Assembly: GCA_046299555.1 (NCBI GenBank) | Contig: JBKBHS010000001.1 | Span: 928,009-992,008, forward strand | Direction: 5' to 3' | Length of the DNA stretch: 64,000 nt | Source of the DNA: Bacteroidia bacterium | GTDB taxonomy: Bacteria > Bacteroidota > Bacteroidia > JACCXN01 | Part shown: piece after piece, positions 10,705 to 23,991 of the stretch | Layout: each line of letters opens with the position of its first letter | Numbering within the stretch: the stretch's first letter is position 1 | Notes under the pieces: model-generated | Told to the model about the DNA's origin: nothing | The model's input: the letters and a program-made list of their open reading frames with translations, nothing else | Databases searched by the model: none | Made by a program: the position numbers and the translations under genes

Positions 10705-13700
10705 TTAATCTCCTACAACAGTTACAGGGCCATTTTTTACAACATCTTCTCCGTATTCGTTTTTATATTTTATGATATAATAGTAGGTGCCCGGTGCAAC
10801 TTTTTTACCATTAAAAGTACCATCCCATCCATCTGTTCCTTGATATAGTTGCTGTCCCCAACGATTAACGATAGTTAGGTCAATTCCTTTTAAAAACACA
10901 TCGTTTACTCCATCGCCATTAGGTGTAAATGCATTAGCAACAGGAATTACACGGATTACCAGCGAATCGTTTACTTCGCTCTTACATTCTCCTTCTGTAA
11001 CAATTACGTATACAACATATCCATCTTTTAGAGCTGATGTTTGGTAAATATTGCTACTGCCACTTTGAACGCTATTATTGTTTAAAAAGAATTCATAATT
11101 ATCATATCCACTTGGAGATGCGGTAAATGTTACAAGTTGGTTACTATATATGGTATTATTTATAGCATCCGAAGTTAATGTTACAACAGGCAAGGGATTT
11201 ACAATTACCGTAACCGGTATTCTTCCACCGCTGTTTATACATCCTTCAGTACTTTCTGATTCAATATAATATGTTGTAGTAGCAAATAATGCTCCGGTAT
11301 TATAAGTAGTTCCGGTGTATAATAAAACTCCTCCTGTTGCTGCGTTCCACCAATTTATTTGTGCTCCTGTAGTTGATGTGGATGCAGTTAATATGGTACT
11401 GTCTCCGGCACAGATTTCAGTATCTCCTGCAACCAGTGAAGGAGCATTTGGTAATGGATTTACAACTATTGTAACAGGAGTTCTACCACTTAAAGATGTA
11501 CATCCAAATTGATTTGATGTTTCAACATAGATTGTAGTGGTAGTTAATGCTGTAAATGAATAAGGGTTATTGCTTAATAAATTACCACCTATTGGAGCAT
11601 CATAAAATGAATATGTAACGTTTCCACCGGTAGAACCACTTGCTGTTATTGTAACATTTGTACCAAAGCAAACGGTATCACCACTTGTTGTAATTGTAGG
11701 AGGTGTTGGATTTGGTGCAACAACTATGGTTACAGGAGTTCTTGAAGTATCACTTAAACAACCGCTCGTATTGCTTACTTCTAAATAATAGGTGGTTGTT
11801 GAGGTAGGTGATACTGTTAATGGAGAATTTCCTAAAAAGTTTCCTCCGCTTGGGCTATCATAAAAAGTATAAATTATTGTTCCACCCGTAGAGCCGCTTG
11901 CTGTAATAATTGTTGATTCTCCTACACATATTGTATCATCGCTAACTGAAATAGTTGCAGGAGTTGGTGTTGGATTTACAACGATATCTACCGGAATTCT
12001 TCCTGAAGGCAATGAACATCCATCACTATTAATAACTTCTAAATAATAAGTTGTGCTCGTAGTTGGAGAAACACTCAGAGGAGAATTTCCTAAAAAATTT
12101 CCTCCGGTTAATGCGTCATAAAAGTTATAACTTATATTTCCTCCAGTTGAGCCACTTGCAGTTATGAGTGTACTGTCACCGGAACAAATGGTATCATTAC
12201 TTACAGTAATAGTTGGAGTAGTTGGTGTTGGATTAACCGTTATAGTAACAGGTTGGCGACCTCCTGTAGCAAGACACCCGCTTGTTGTGCTTACTTCCAA
12301 ATAATAAGTTGTAGTAGAAGAAGGACTTACTGTTAAAGGAGAATTTCCTAAAAAGTTTCCTCCAGTAGCTGCATCATAAAAACTATAAACAATACTTCCC
12401 CCAGTAGAACCACTGGCTGTTATTGTTGTGCTGTCTCCAGCACATATTGTATCATTTGTAGTTGTAATAGTGGCCGATGTTGGAGTGGTATTTACAGTAA
12501 TCGTATAAGGTTGTCTTCCTCCATTAGCTAAGCAACCTGAAGTATTACTTACTTCTAGATAATAGGTGGTGGTACTAGTTGGAGATACTGTTAAAGGTGA
12601 ATTTCCTAAAAAGTTTCCTCCTGTTAATGCATCATAAAATGAATAAATAATTGTTCCACCACTAGATCCGCTTGCAGTTAGCGTGGTACTTTGACCTGAA
12701 CAAATAGTGTCATTAGTTGCTGAAATTATGGCTGCTGTTGGAGTTGGATTAACAGTTATGGTTATTGGAATTCTTCCTCCTAAAGCAACACAACTATCAC
12801 TATTTATTGTTTCGATATAATAAGTTGTAGTATTGGTTGGTGATACTGTTAAAGGTGCTGATCCTAAAAAGTTACCTGCTGTAGCTGCATCATATACATT
12901 GTATATAATTCCACTTCCTCCGCTTGAACCACTTGCATTTATAGTAGTAGATTGTCCTGCACAAATAGTATTATTTGTAGCACTTACAGTAGGTGAAGTT
13001 GGAGTTGGATTTACTGATACATTCGTATAGGCAGTATCCTTACAACCGTTAGCGGCTGTTCCAATTACGCTGTATGTGGTATTGGTTGTAGGTGAGATAT
13101 TTATACTCGATGATGTTGATGAATTACTCCAAATGTAACTTGATGCTCCACTTGCTATTAGGGTAGTACTGTATCCATTGCAAACACTTACCGGATTCCC
13201 GGAATTAATTTGTACGGTTGGATTTGGTTTTACATAAATTGTTTTTGTTAAAGTTTGTTTTTTACCGCACACACCTTCTGCTAATAATACATATGTTGTT
13301 GTTGTGCTAGGAGTAACTGTTATGTTTTGCGTTGTTTGTCCACCTGGTGACCATAAATAGCTTGTCGCTCCGGCAGGACCATTTAAAACTACAGAATCGC
13401 CAAAACAAATAGAATCATTTGCAGAAGTTATTGCAGGAAATTGTATTCCTCCTGTTGCTTGTATACTATAATTACATATATCTCCTGCAAAACCATCAAT
13501 TAATAAGTAATAATCCTGACCGATTGTTAAATTATTTGCAGTAATGGTTAAAGTTGATGAACCTTCTCTAAAATCAGAAACCGGAGCAAATCCACAGCAG
13601 GGAGAGCTGGCTGTAAATATTTGCATTTGAATACCTCCTGAAGGATAATTACCTACCCAGCAATCGGTAATATTTACAGTTAATGTTATAGTTGTATTGG

Positions 13701-15291
13701 CAGCTGTAAATCTAATCCATGAATTATTATCTAATCTAACATCACATAAAGGAGCCCCTACTCCTGTATATGGAGGCGATGGTGCCACACCAAATACACT
13801 TCCTGGTTGGCATGTTCCGGGTGTGTAAGTGTAAGTTGGAGGATTATTTTGTTCTGCATTAGCGCGCATATTACATGGCCTGTCAGTAGTATAGGCTGCG
13901 CTGGTAGAACCACTGTATCCATCTAAATCACATATATATAATGCATCTGCACAATTATCGTTGGATGGAGATTGTACGCAAATTCCGAATTGTCCTGTAG
14001 TGTTTCCATTAAATGCCCAATATCTTAAATAAACAGTGCTTCCCGGTGTTAAGCCCGTAGCTTTAATAAAAGGCTTTAAATCATTTGCAGATCCTGGGTA
14101 ATTATAATCATCAGAACAAGCAATTTGGGTTAAAGATGTACAAGTGCCACTATAAAGCGCCATAGCAGCATCGTTAATTCCAAATCCCGGTTGAGGTACT
14201 ATGGTTACTATACCATTAGCGGGTACAGTTATGGCAAACCATACATCTTTGGGTTGAGGAGCAATATTAAAACCTCCTTGTTGTGGAGCAGATCCCCCAC
14301 TACAACTGGCAGGTATTGGTATTCCCGGCCCACTCGAAGTAGTAGCCCCAACGGTCGTAAATGTTAAGTAATTACACGCTGACGTTACCGGTGGTAATTG
14401 TATAGCATTACAAGGGTCATCATTTACTGGACTCGCACTTGCTGGACCTGTAACACAAATATTAAATGTACCTCCGCCATTTGAAAAATAGTAATCATAA
14501 ACTCTAACATAATAGGTATTACCGGGAATTAAACCAACTGCATTAATTACTTCATTTCCTCCCGAAAAACCATTGTCAACACAATTTAACGATATTAAAC
14601 TTCCACAAGTACCTGAAAAAAGTTGAACTACAGGGTCCATGCTACCATTAGGAGTTACTGTTATTGTTTGCACTGCGTTTGTGGCAATAAATGAAAACCA
14701 AACATCATCGTCTGCATTTCCTGTACATCCAGCTATTGATTGAGTAGCACCAACGGATGTCCCTGCTGTATTTACACATGAAGTATTAACATTTAAAGCA
14801 ATAGCTCCGCTGCAATTATCATTCGATGGAGCAGGAGGGGGATTGGTAACACATATGGTAAAATTTCCGGAACCTGAACCGGCAAAATAATGATATACTC
14901 TTATGTAATAACTTTGTCCAACGGTTAATCCGCTGGCAAATATCGTTTCGCTTTGGCCTGATAATCCATTATCTTGACATGCTAAAGTGGTTAGTCCGGA
15001 ACAAGTTCCTGAAAATAATTGAACAACAGGATCAAAAGAAGGTGAGGCTGTAACGGTTATTTGATGGCTTGTGGCAGTTGCTACAAAGCGATACCAAACA
15101 TCATCATCAGCGTTACCAACACATCCGCTCAATGTGCTTACTGTAGCACCTGTTGTTGTACCTGAATTTGGTGAAGAACAGTTTGCTGTAACACTAATTA
15201 AAGTTGCTGTAGCACAATTATCAGATTGGGCATTTGCATATAAACTCAATAAGATGCATGTAGTAAGCATCAAATAGTTAAATATTTTCAT
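10705..15291 (-). CDS. large cell-surface adhesin-like protein with T9SS type-B CTD (gliding-motility-associated C-terminal domain)
   Basis: 1528 aa; signal peptide; three N-terminal PPC-like domains (GNADDDVWYRF...YYIRVY); seven ~86-aa Ig-like tandem repeats; C-terminus ANAFTPNGDGVNDVF...RWGQQLY...WDG...GTYYYI matches type-B CTD. Confidence 0.85.
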   Translation of the reverse strand: MKIFNYLMLTTCILLSLYANAQSDNCATATLISVTANCSSPNSGTTTGATVSTLSGCVGNADDDVWYRFVATATSHQITVTASPSFDPVVQLFSGTCSGLTTLACQDNGLSGQSETIFASGLTVGQSYYIRVYHYFAGSGSGNFTICVTNPPPAPSNDNCSGAIALNVNTSCVNTAGTSVGATQSIAGCTGNADDDVWFSFIATNAVQTITVTPNGSMDPVVQLFSGTCGSLISLNCVDNGFSGGNEVINAVGLIPGNTYYVRVYDYYFSNGGGTFNICVTGPASASPVNDDPCNAIQLPPVTSACNYLTFTTVGATTSSGPGIPIPASCSGGSAPQQGGFNIAPQPKDVWFAITVPANGIVTIVPQPGFGINDAAMALYSGTCTSLTQIACSDDYNYPGSANDLKPFIKATGLTPGSTVYLRYWAFNGNTTGQFGICVQSPSNDNCADALYICDLDGYSGSTSAAYTTDRPCNMRANAEQNNPPTYTYTPGTCQPGSVFGVAPSPPYTGVGAPLCDVRLDNNSWIRFTAANTTITLTVNITDCWVGNYPSGGIQMQIFTASSPCCGFAPVSDFREGSSTLTITANNLTIGQDYYLLIDGFAGDICNYSIQATGGIQFPAITSANDSICFGDSVVLNGPAGATSYLWSPGGQTTQNITVTPSTTTTYVLLAEGVCGKKQTLTKTIYVKPNPTVQINSGNPVSVCNGYSTTLIASGASSYIWSNSSTSSSINISPTTNTTYSVIGTAANGCKDTAYTNVSVNPTPTSPTVSATNNTICAGQSTTINASGSSGGSGIIYNVYDAATAGNFLGSAPLTVSPTNTTTYYIETINSDSCVALGGRIPITITVNPTPTAAIISATNDTICSGQSTTLTASGSSGGTIIYSFYDALTGGNFLGNSPLTVSPTSTTTYYLEVSNTSGCLANGGRQPYTITVNTTPTSATITTTNDTICAGDSTTITASGSTGGSIVYSFYDAATGGNFLGNSPLTVSPSSTTTYYLEVSTTSGCLATGGRQPVTITVNPTPTTPTITVSNDTICSGDSTLITASGSTGGNISYNFYDALTGGNFLGNSPLSVSPTTSTTYYLEVINSDGCSLPSGRIPVDIVVNPTPTPATISVSDDTICVGESTIITASGSTGGTIIYTFYDSPSGGNFLGNSPLTVSPTSTTTYYLEVSNTSGCLSDTSRTPVTIVVAPNPTPPTITTSGDTVCFGTNVTITASGSTGGNVTYSFYDAPIGGNLLSNNPYSFTALTTTTIYVETSNQFGCTSLSGRTPVTIVVNPLPNAPSLVAGDTEICAGDSTILTASTSTTGAQINWWNAATGGVLLYTGTTYNTGALFATTTYYIESESTEGCINSGGRIPVTVIVNPLPVVTLTSDAINNTIYSNQLVTFTASPSGYDNYEFFLNNNSVQSGSSNIYQTSALKDGYVVYVIVTEGECKSEVNDSLVIRVIPVANAFTPNGDGVNDVFLKGIDLTIVNRWGQQLYQGTDGWDGTFNGKKVAPGTYYYIIKYKNEYGEDVVKNGPVTVVGD
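11190..13010 (-). repeat. seven tandem ~258-bp repeats (86-aa Ig-like domains) inside the adhesin gene
   Basis: Recurring DNA block ggagaatttcctaaaaagtttcctcc at ~11820, 12076, 12338, 12596 (variant at 12850); protein repeats NPTPT..TICxGxSTT..ASGS.GG...Y.FYDA.TGGNFLGNSPL.VSPT..TTYYLEV. Confidence 0.8.
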
Positions 15292-15302
15292 AGATGTAAA
15301 TT

Positions 15303-15665
15303 TTATTCTTTAACTGAAATTTCTTCTTGTTTCAGTTCAATAGGTGTAAGTTGATTTGAAATAATCAGCTTTTTTAATTGAGTAACATCAAATCCTTCTT
15401 CGCTTTCACGTTTGTTAATCTTGTCGCTAACCTCAACTATAAGTAAACCTTTACCACTATCTTTTTTGTAAATTGTTTTTACAGATAGAATGTTTTTTAA
15501 CGACTCAACATCTTTCTTTAATAAGTCTATCTGATTTTCGGAACTTATATTTTCAAAAGAGTAACTATAGCGAATAGTTTTAAAATTGCTGTTTTGGGCA
15601 TTTATTTGGAAGTAAAAAGCAATTGTAAAAAACAACAACACAAATAAACGAAACAATGTTTTCAT
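15303..15665 (-). CDS. hypothetical small secreted protein
   Basis: 120-aa ORF with signal peptide, 11 bp upstream of adhesin gene start. Confidence 0.5.
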   Translation of the reverse strand: MKTLFRLFVLLFFTIAFYFQINAQNSNFKTIRYSYSFENISSENQIDLLKKDVESLKNILSVKTIYKKDSGKGLLIVEVSDKINKRESEEGFDVTQLKKLIISNQLTPIELKQEEISVKE

Positions 15666-15764
15666 AGGCCAAGATATTTTTAAATCAATTTTTAATTAGC
15701 CTTTTTAAAAGGGATGCGAATTTAAGCCATTTGTCGATTATAAGTCAAGTTTTATATGTTAAAT

Positions 15765-16289
15765 TCAAAAACCGGTACTAAATCCCATACGAATAATAGG
15801 GTTTCTGTAAATAGAATATTCAGAATCATTTAAGTTCCACAACCCCATAATACTTAAAAAACTATTTGGTCCAAGCCTTTGCCTGTAACCACCACCAACA
15901 AAAATACTAGTAACATTTACTCTCCCTTCTAAACTGTAAGGCGATTCTCTGTTCAAAACCTCATATTCTCCATGACCAAATAAATAGTCCGTTATATTAT
16001 ATCTGGCAAACAGACGTCCACCATAAATACTAGTACTTAAATCAAAACGATTATCCTGTAAGTAAATATAGCTAATACCAGGGCCTGCAGATAACCTATC
16101 GGTAATTCTATAACCAATTAAAGGAGATAGTTCAACATAAGTAATTGTTCCAAACATCAAACCAAAGTTTCCACCATAAAAAAAACGATCTCCAATCGGT
16201 TCCTTGTTTTGAATCCCTACTTGTCCATTGCTTTCTAATGAAATTAAGATAATTAAAATTAATGTATAAATTACTTTTAGAATTTTCAT
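15765..16289 (-). CDS. outer-membrane beta-barrel (porin-family) protein
   Basis: ~174 aa from MKILKV; signal peptide; alternating hydrophobic beta-strand pattern; C-terminal aromatic (F). Confidence 0.55.
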   Translation of the reverse strand: MKILKVIYTLILIILISLESNGQVGIQNKEPIGDRFFYGGNFGLMFGTITYVELSPLIGYRITDRLSAGPGISYIYLQDNRFDLSTSIYGGRLFARYNITDYLFGHGEYEVLNRESPYSLEGRVNVTSIFVGGGYRQRLGPNSFLSIMGLWNLNDSEYSIYRNPIIRMGFSTGF

Positions 16290-16463
16290 GTTACAAAACT
16301 GTCTAAACATAGATAAAAAACGGAAGCTTGATTTGATAATCTATCTACAAATTTAAATTAAATAAACCACAATATTTATATATGCATTTAATAAAGATAT
16401 TAATAAAAATGTAAAAATATTTCCTTGTAAATCAATATAAAACAACAAAAGCTTAAAATAATA

Positions 16464-16494
16464 TTTGCAGATATTAAAACCCTTAGTACATTTG
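16464..16494 (+). promoter_or_regulatory. rRNA operon promoter P1 (Bacteroidetes sigma-A type)
   Basis: TTTG -N19- TACATTTG matches the -33 TTTG / -7 TAnnTTTG consensus with 19-nt spacing. Confidence 0.6.
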
Positions 16495-16579
16495 CAGCCC
16501 TCAAACAAAGAAATCAACAACGTTCATTTGAAAAGTTTGAGAATGAAAAATAAATAAATAAAATTTTTTTCATAAAAAG

Positions 16580-16610
16580 TTTGCAGATTTAAAAACTGTA
16601 TGTACCTTTG
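16580..16610 (+). promoter_or_regulatory. rRNA operon promoter P2
   Basis: TTTG -N19- TACCTTTG; part of a ~100-bp repeat unit (aaaagtttgcagatttaaaaa...tacctttgcagcccctta). Confidence 0.65.
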
Positions 16611-16679
16611 CAGCCCCTTAAAAATGAATGTAGAGAAATAGAGGTTTAAAAACGAAGAGAAAAATATTTTAAAAAAAAG

Positions 16680-16710
16680 TTTGCAGATTTAAAAAAGGTG
16701 TTTACCTTTG
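16680..16710 (+). promoter_or_regulatory. rRNA operon promoter P3
   Basis: TTTG -N19- TACCTTTG; near-identical repeat of P2. Confidence 0.65.
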
Positions 16711-16784
16711 CAGCCCCTTAAAAATGATTAAGGGATTAAAACTTGAAAAGTAAATCGAAACAAAAAATATTTTTTTAAAAAATA

Positions 16785-16815
16785 TTTGCAGATTTAAAAA
16801 AGGTGTTTACCTTTG
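16785..16815 (+). promoter_or_regulatory. rRNA operon promoter P4
   Basis: TTTG -N19- TACCTTTG; near-identical repeat of P2/P3. Confidence 0.65.
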
Positions 16816-16990
16816 CAGCCCCTTAAAAATGATTCCTTAAAAATGATTAAGGGTTTAAAAAGTAAATTAAAACATTTTATTATATTATTAAGTTCTTTGA
16901 AAGATTTTATTGAAGAGGTAAAGGTAGCGTAATTGAATGATCACACCCCGTGATCAATGAGCCAACTCCAAATATTTTAAAATTTTTTAC

Positions 16991-18512
<1,522 letters not shown>

Positions 18513-18643
18513 AGAGTATTTGCTCATAATTTCAATTACGTTCCTTCCTCCTTCAATAAATATCTAAAACTTTTCCCATTAAACGAGCTCAGTGATGGTT
18601 CGGCCATCAGGGCATAAGGAATTAGTCCCCATTGGGATTTTAA

Positions 18644-18717
18644 AGTCCCGTAGCTCAGTTGGTTAGAGCACTACACTGATAATGTAGGGGTCAGCAGTTC
18701 AAGTCTGCTCGGGACTA
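18644..18717 (+). tRNA. tRNA-Ile (GAT) in 16S-23S spacer
   Basis: Cloverleaf agtcccg.../...cgggact; anticodon loop ctGATaa; T-arm agcagttcaagtctgct. Confidence 0.9.
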
Positions 18718-18731
18718 CAGAAAATCGTTTT

Positions 18732-18805
18732 GGGGAATTAGCTCAGCTGGCTAGAGCACCTGCCTTGCACGCAGGGGGTCAACGGTTCGAATCCGTTATT
18801 CTCCA
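18732..18805 (+). tRNA. tRNA-Ala (TGC) in 16S-23S spacer
   Basis: ggggaattagctcagctggctagagc...; anticodon loop ttTGCac; G3:U70 wobble in acceptor stem. Confidence 0.9.
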
Positions 18806-18887
18806 CAATTAACCGCTCATATTTATATAGCGGAAAAGTTCTTTGACATGTTGAAAGAGAGTACTTCTCATTAATTTTAATAATTTT

Positions 18888-21775
<2,888 letters not shown>

Positions 21776-21844
21776 TACATACAAATTATTAAAATTTATG
21801 ATAGTACTTTCTTTCTTTATGTCATTATAAAATATTAAAGATTT

Positions 21845-21954
<110 letters not shown>

Positions 21955-21961
21955 TTTAATT

Positions 21962-21988
21962 AGCCCCGAGTTTTTCGGGGCTTTTTTA
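21962..21988 (+). terminator. rho-independent terminator of rRNA operon
   Basis: agccccga-gtttt-tcggggct stem-loop followed by TTTTTT. Confidence 0.85.
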
Positions 21989-22023
21989 TTTATTTTTATC
22001 CCATTCTATTTAAATCCTAAAGA

Positions 22024-23907
22024 ATGAGATTCTTTTTAAGTTTTATAATTATACCTTTTGTATTTCACTCTTTCTCTTTTGCATCTCATCAATTTTCTTT
22101 AAAAATTGTAAATATTAATTCTGACTCAGTCAAAGTTTCATATCCATTATATTATTCTTTTTATTTTTCTTTTTCTGACTCTACTAATTATAATATTTGG
22201 AATGATAGTTCTTTAACTTTTATACATCGTTATGCATTTCATAAATATGGTTTAGAATGGCATAATGGCAATATTGGGCTTTCTAGAAATTCAATATTTT
22301 ACACCTATACAAAACCTGATTTTGGTTTTCAAGTAGGATTAAATGGTTTTGAAAATTATTTTTTTTCTTCAGAACCATTTAAAATTTTTCAAACCAGAAG
22401 ACCATATACTGAAATTTCTGTTGTATTAGGTTCTAATAAAGAACAAATTGCACGTTTATTACATACTCAAAATGTTAATGAGCGCTGGAATATTGCTTTT
22501 AGAATGAATAGAACGACATCTGAAGGTTTTTATTCGAGACAAAATGCGAATTTTAATTCCATACAATTACAATCTAATTATACTTCGAGAAATAAAAGAT
22601 ATGCGGCTATTTTTCAATCCAATTTTAATCGAGCTAATGCTTTTGAAAATGGAGGAGTAATTGATTCTGTTGATGTGCTTAATTCGGAGGAATTTTTAAA
22701 TGCACGTGGTATTCCAATTAATTTAAACGATGCGCGCAGACGAACTTCTGAAAATTCTGTTTGGATTAAGCAGTATTTTAATATAATTCATAAAGATTCT
22801 GTTTTAACAAATGATTCATTGTTTGAACATCGTTATTTTGTTAAAGCCGGATTGTCCAATATATCAGGTGTTTCAGGAAGGTATAGTTGGTTTAAGGACG
22901 AGGAAGCTGCTTTAGGTTTTTATTCTAACTTCAGAGATTCTATAACAAATGATTCGATAAACAAATTTAGTTTATATGATGAATTTCGTGCGCATGTTTA
23001 TTTTAATGATTTTGAGTTAAATGGTGGTATAAAATATGAATGGAATAAACTTAGTATGATTAATTACGATACTTTAGCTCAAAATTTAATTACTGTAAGT
23101 AGTTTGAACTGGCAAAATAAAAAAGGTAGTAATTTAGGTATAGACGCAAATTATGTTATTGCCGGATTTAATAGAAATGACTTTCGATTAAGAGCTTTTT
23201 TAAATTATAAGTTTTCAGAAGAATGGTTCCTAAATATTAATTATTTATCAGATTACAGAACACCTACTTTGCAGAGTTTGCGATGGGTTTCCAATAATTT
23301 TGAATGGAATAATTCTTTTAAGAAGGAATTATACAATGGAGGTTCTGCTTATTTAATTAATACAGACAGAGAATTTAAAGTAGGTGGAGGAATTCATTAT
23401 TTAACAAATCCTGTTTTTTACGATTTTGTTGCCCGACCAAAGCAATCCGATGGTAGTTCACAAATTGTACAAGCTTTAGCTGAAAAAACTTTTCAGGTTG
23501 GCAAGTTTTATTTAACCAACACTTTTGCATATCAGAAATCTTCTGCTGACTCCATTTTCAGAGTGCCGGAAATTATTTCTAAAAATGCTTTTTTCTTTCA
23601 GACAGATTTATTTAAACGTGCTATGAGAATTCAGTTGGGTGTTGATTTCTATTACTTTACATCCTTTACTCCTTATGCTTATATGGCAGCAAGTAATGTG
23701 TATTATCTTCAAAATAATCGATTAAGTGGTAATTATCCTTTCTTTGATGTTTTTCTAAATTTTAAAGTTAAAACATTAAGAGGTTTTATTATGCTGGATC
23801 ATGCTAATCAGGGGTTAATTGGAAATAATCAATATTATTTTATGCCGGGATATCCTTTTCCGGGAAGAACTGTAAAGCTTGGTTTAACTTGGGTGTTTAA
23901 GGATTAG
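22024..23907 (+). CDS. hypothetical outer-membrane beta-barrel protein (putative porin-like)
   Basis: 627 aa; N-terminal hydrophobic signal; rich in Y/F/N/S alternating strands; C-terminal ...LGLTWVFKD. Confidence 0.55.
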   Translation: MRFFLSFIIIPFVFHSFSFASHQFSLKIVNINSDSVKVSYPLYYSFYFSFSDSTNYNIWNDSSLTFIHRYAFHKYGLEWHNGNIGLSRNSIFYTYTKPDFGFQVGLNGFENYFFSSEPFKIFQTRRPYTEISVVLGSNKEQIARLLHTQNVNERWNIAFRMNRTTSEGFYSRQNANFNSIQLQSNYTSRNKRYAAIFQSNFNRANAFENGGVIDSVDVLNSEEFLNARGIPINLNDARRRTSENSVWIKQYFNIIHKDSVLTNDSLFEHRYFVKAGLSNISGVSGRYSWFKDEEAALGFYSNFRDSITNDSINKFSLYDEFRAHVYFNDFELNGGIKYEWNKLSMINYDTLAQNLITVSSLNWQNKKGSNLGIDANYVIAGFNRNDFRLRAFLNYKFSEEWFLNINYLSDYRTPTLQSLRWVSNNFEWNNSFKKELYNGGSAYLINTDREFKVGGGIHYLTNPVFYDFVARPKQSDGSSQIVQALAEKTFQVGKFYLTNTFAYQKSSADSIFRVPEIISKNAFFFQTDLFKRAMRIQLGVDFYYFTSFTPYAYMAASNVYYLQNNRLSGNYPFFDVFLNFKVKTLRGFIMLDHANQGLIGNNQYYFMPGYPFPGRTVKLGLTWVFKD

Positions 23908-23914
23908 TCAAAAT

Positions 23915-23990
23915 TCATAAGTCGTAAGTTCTAAGTCGTAAGTCATAAGTTAGAGGACAGAAGTCAGAAGTCAGAAAACAGAAACAGGAA
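23915..23990. repeat. imperfect heptamer-like tandem repeats (taagtcg/a; agaagtc)
   Basis: cataagtcgtaagttctaagtcgtaagtcataagt... acagaagtcagaagtcagaaaacagaaacagg. Confidence 0.6.
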
Positions 23991-23991
23991 T

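Noticed and set aside
16920-16975. Short inverted repeat tgatcacaccccgtgatca just upstream of 16S
   Set aside because: Probably part of the rRNA leader or processing stem rather than an independent regulatory element; too short to call.
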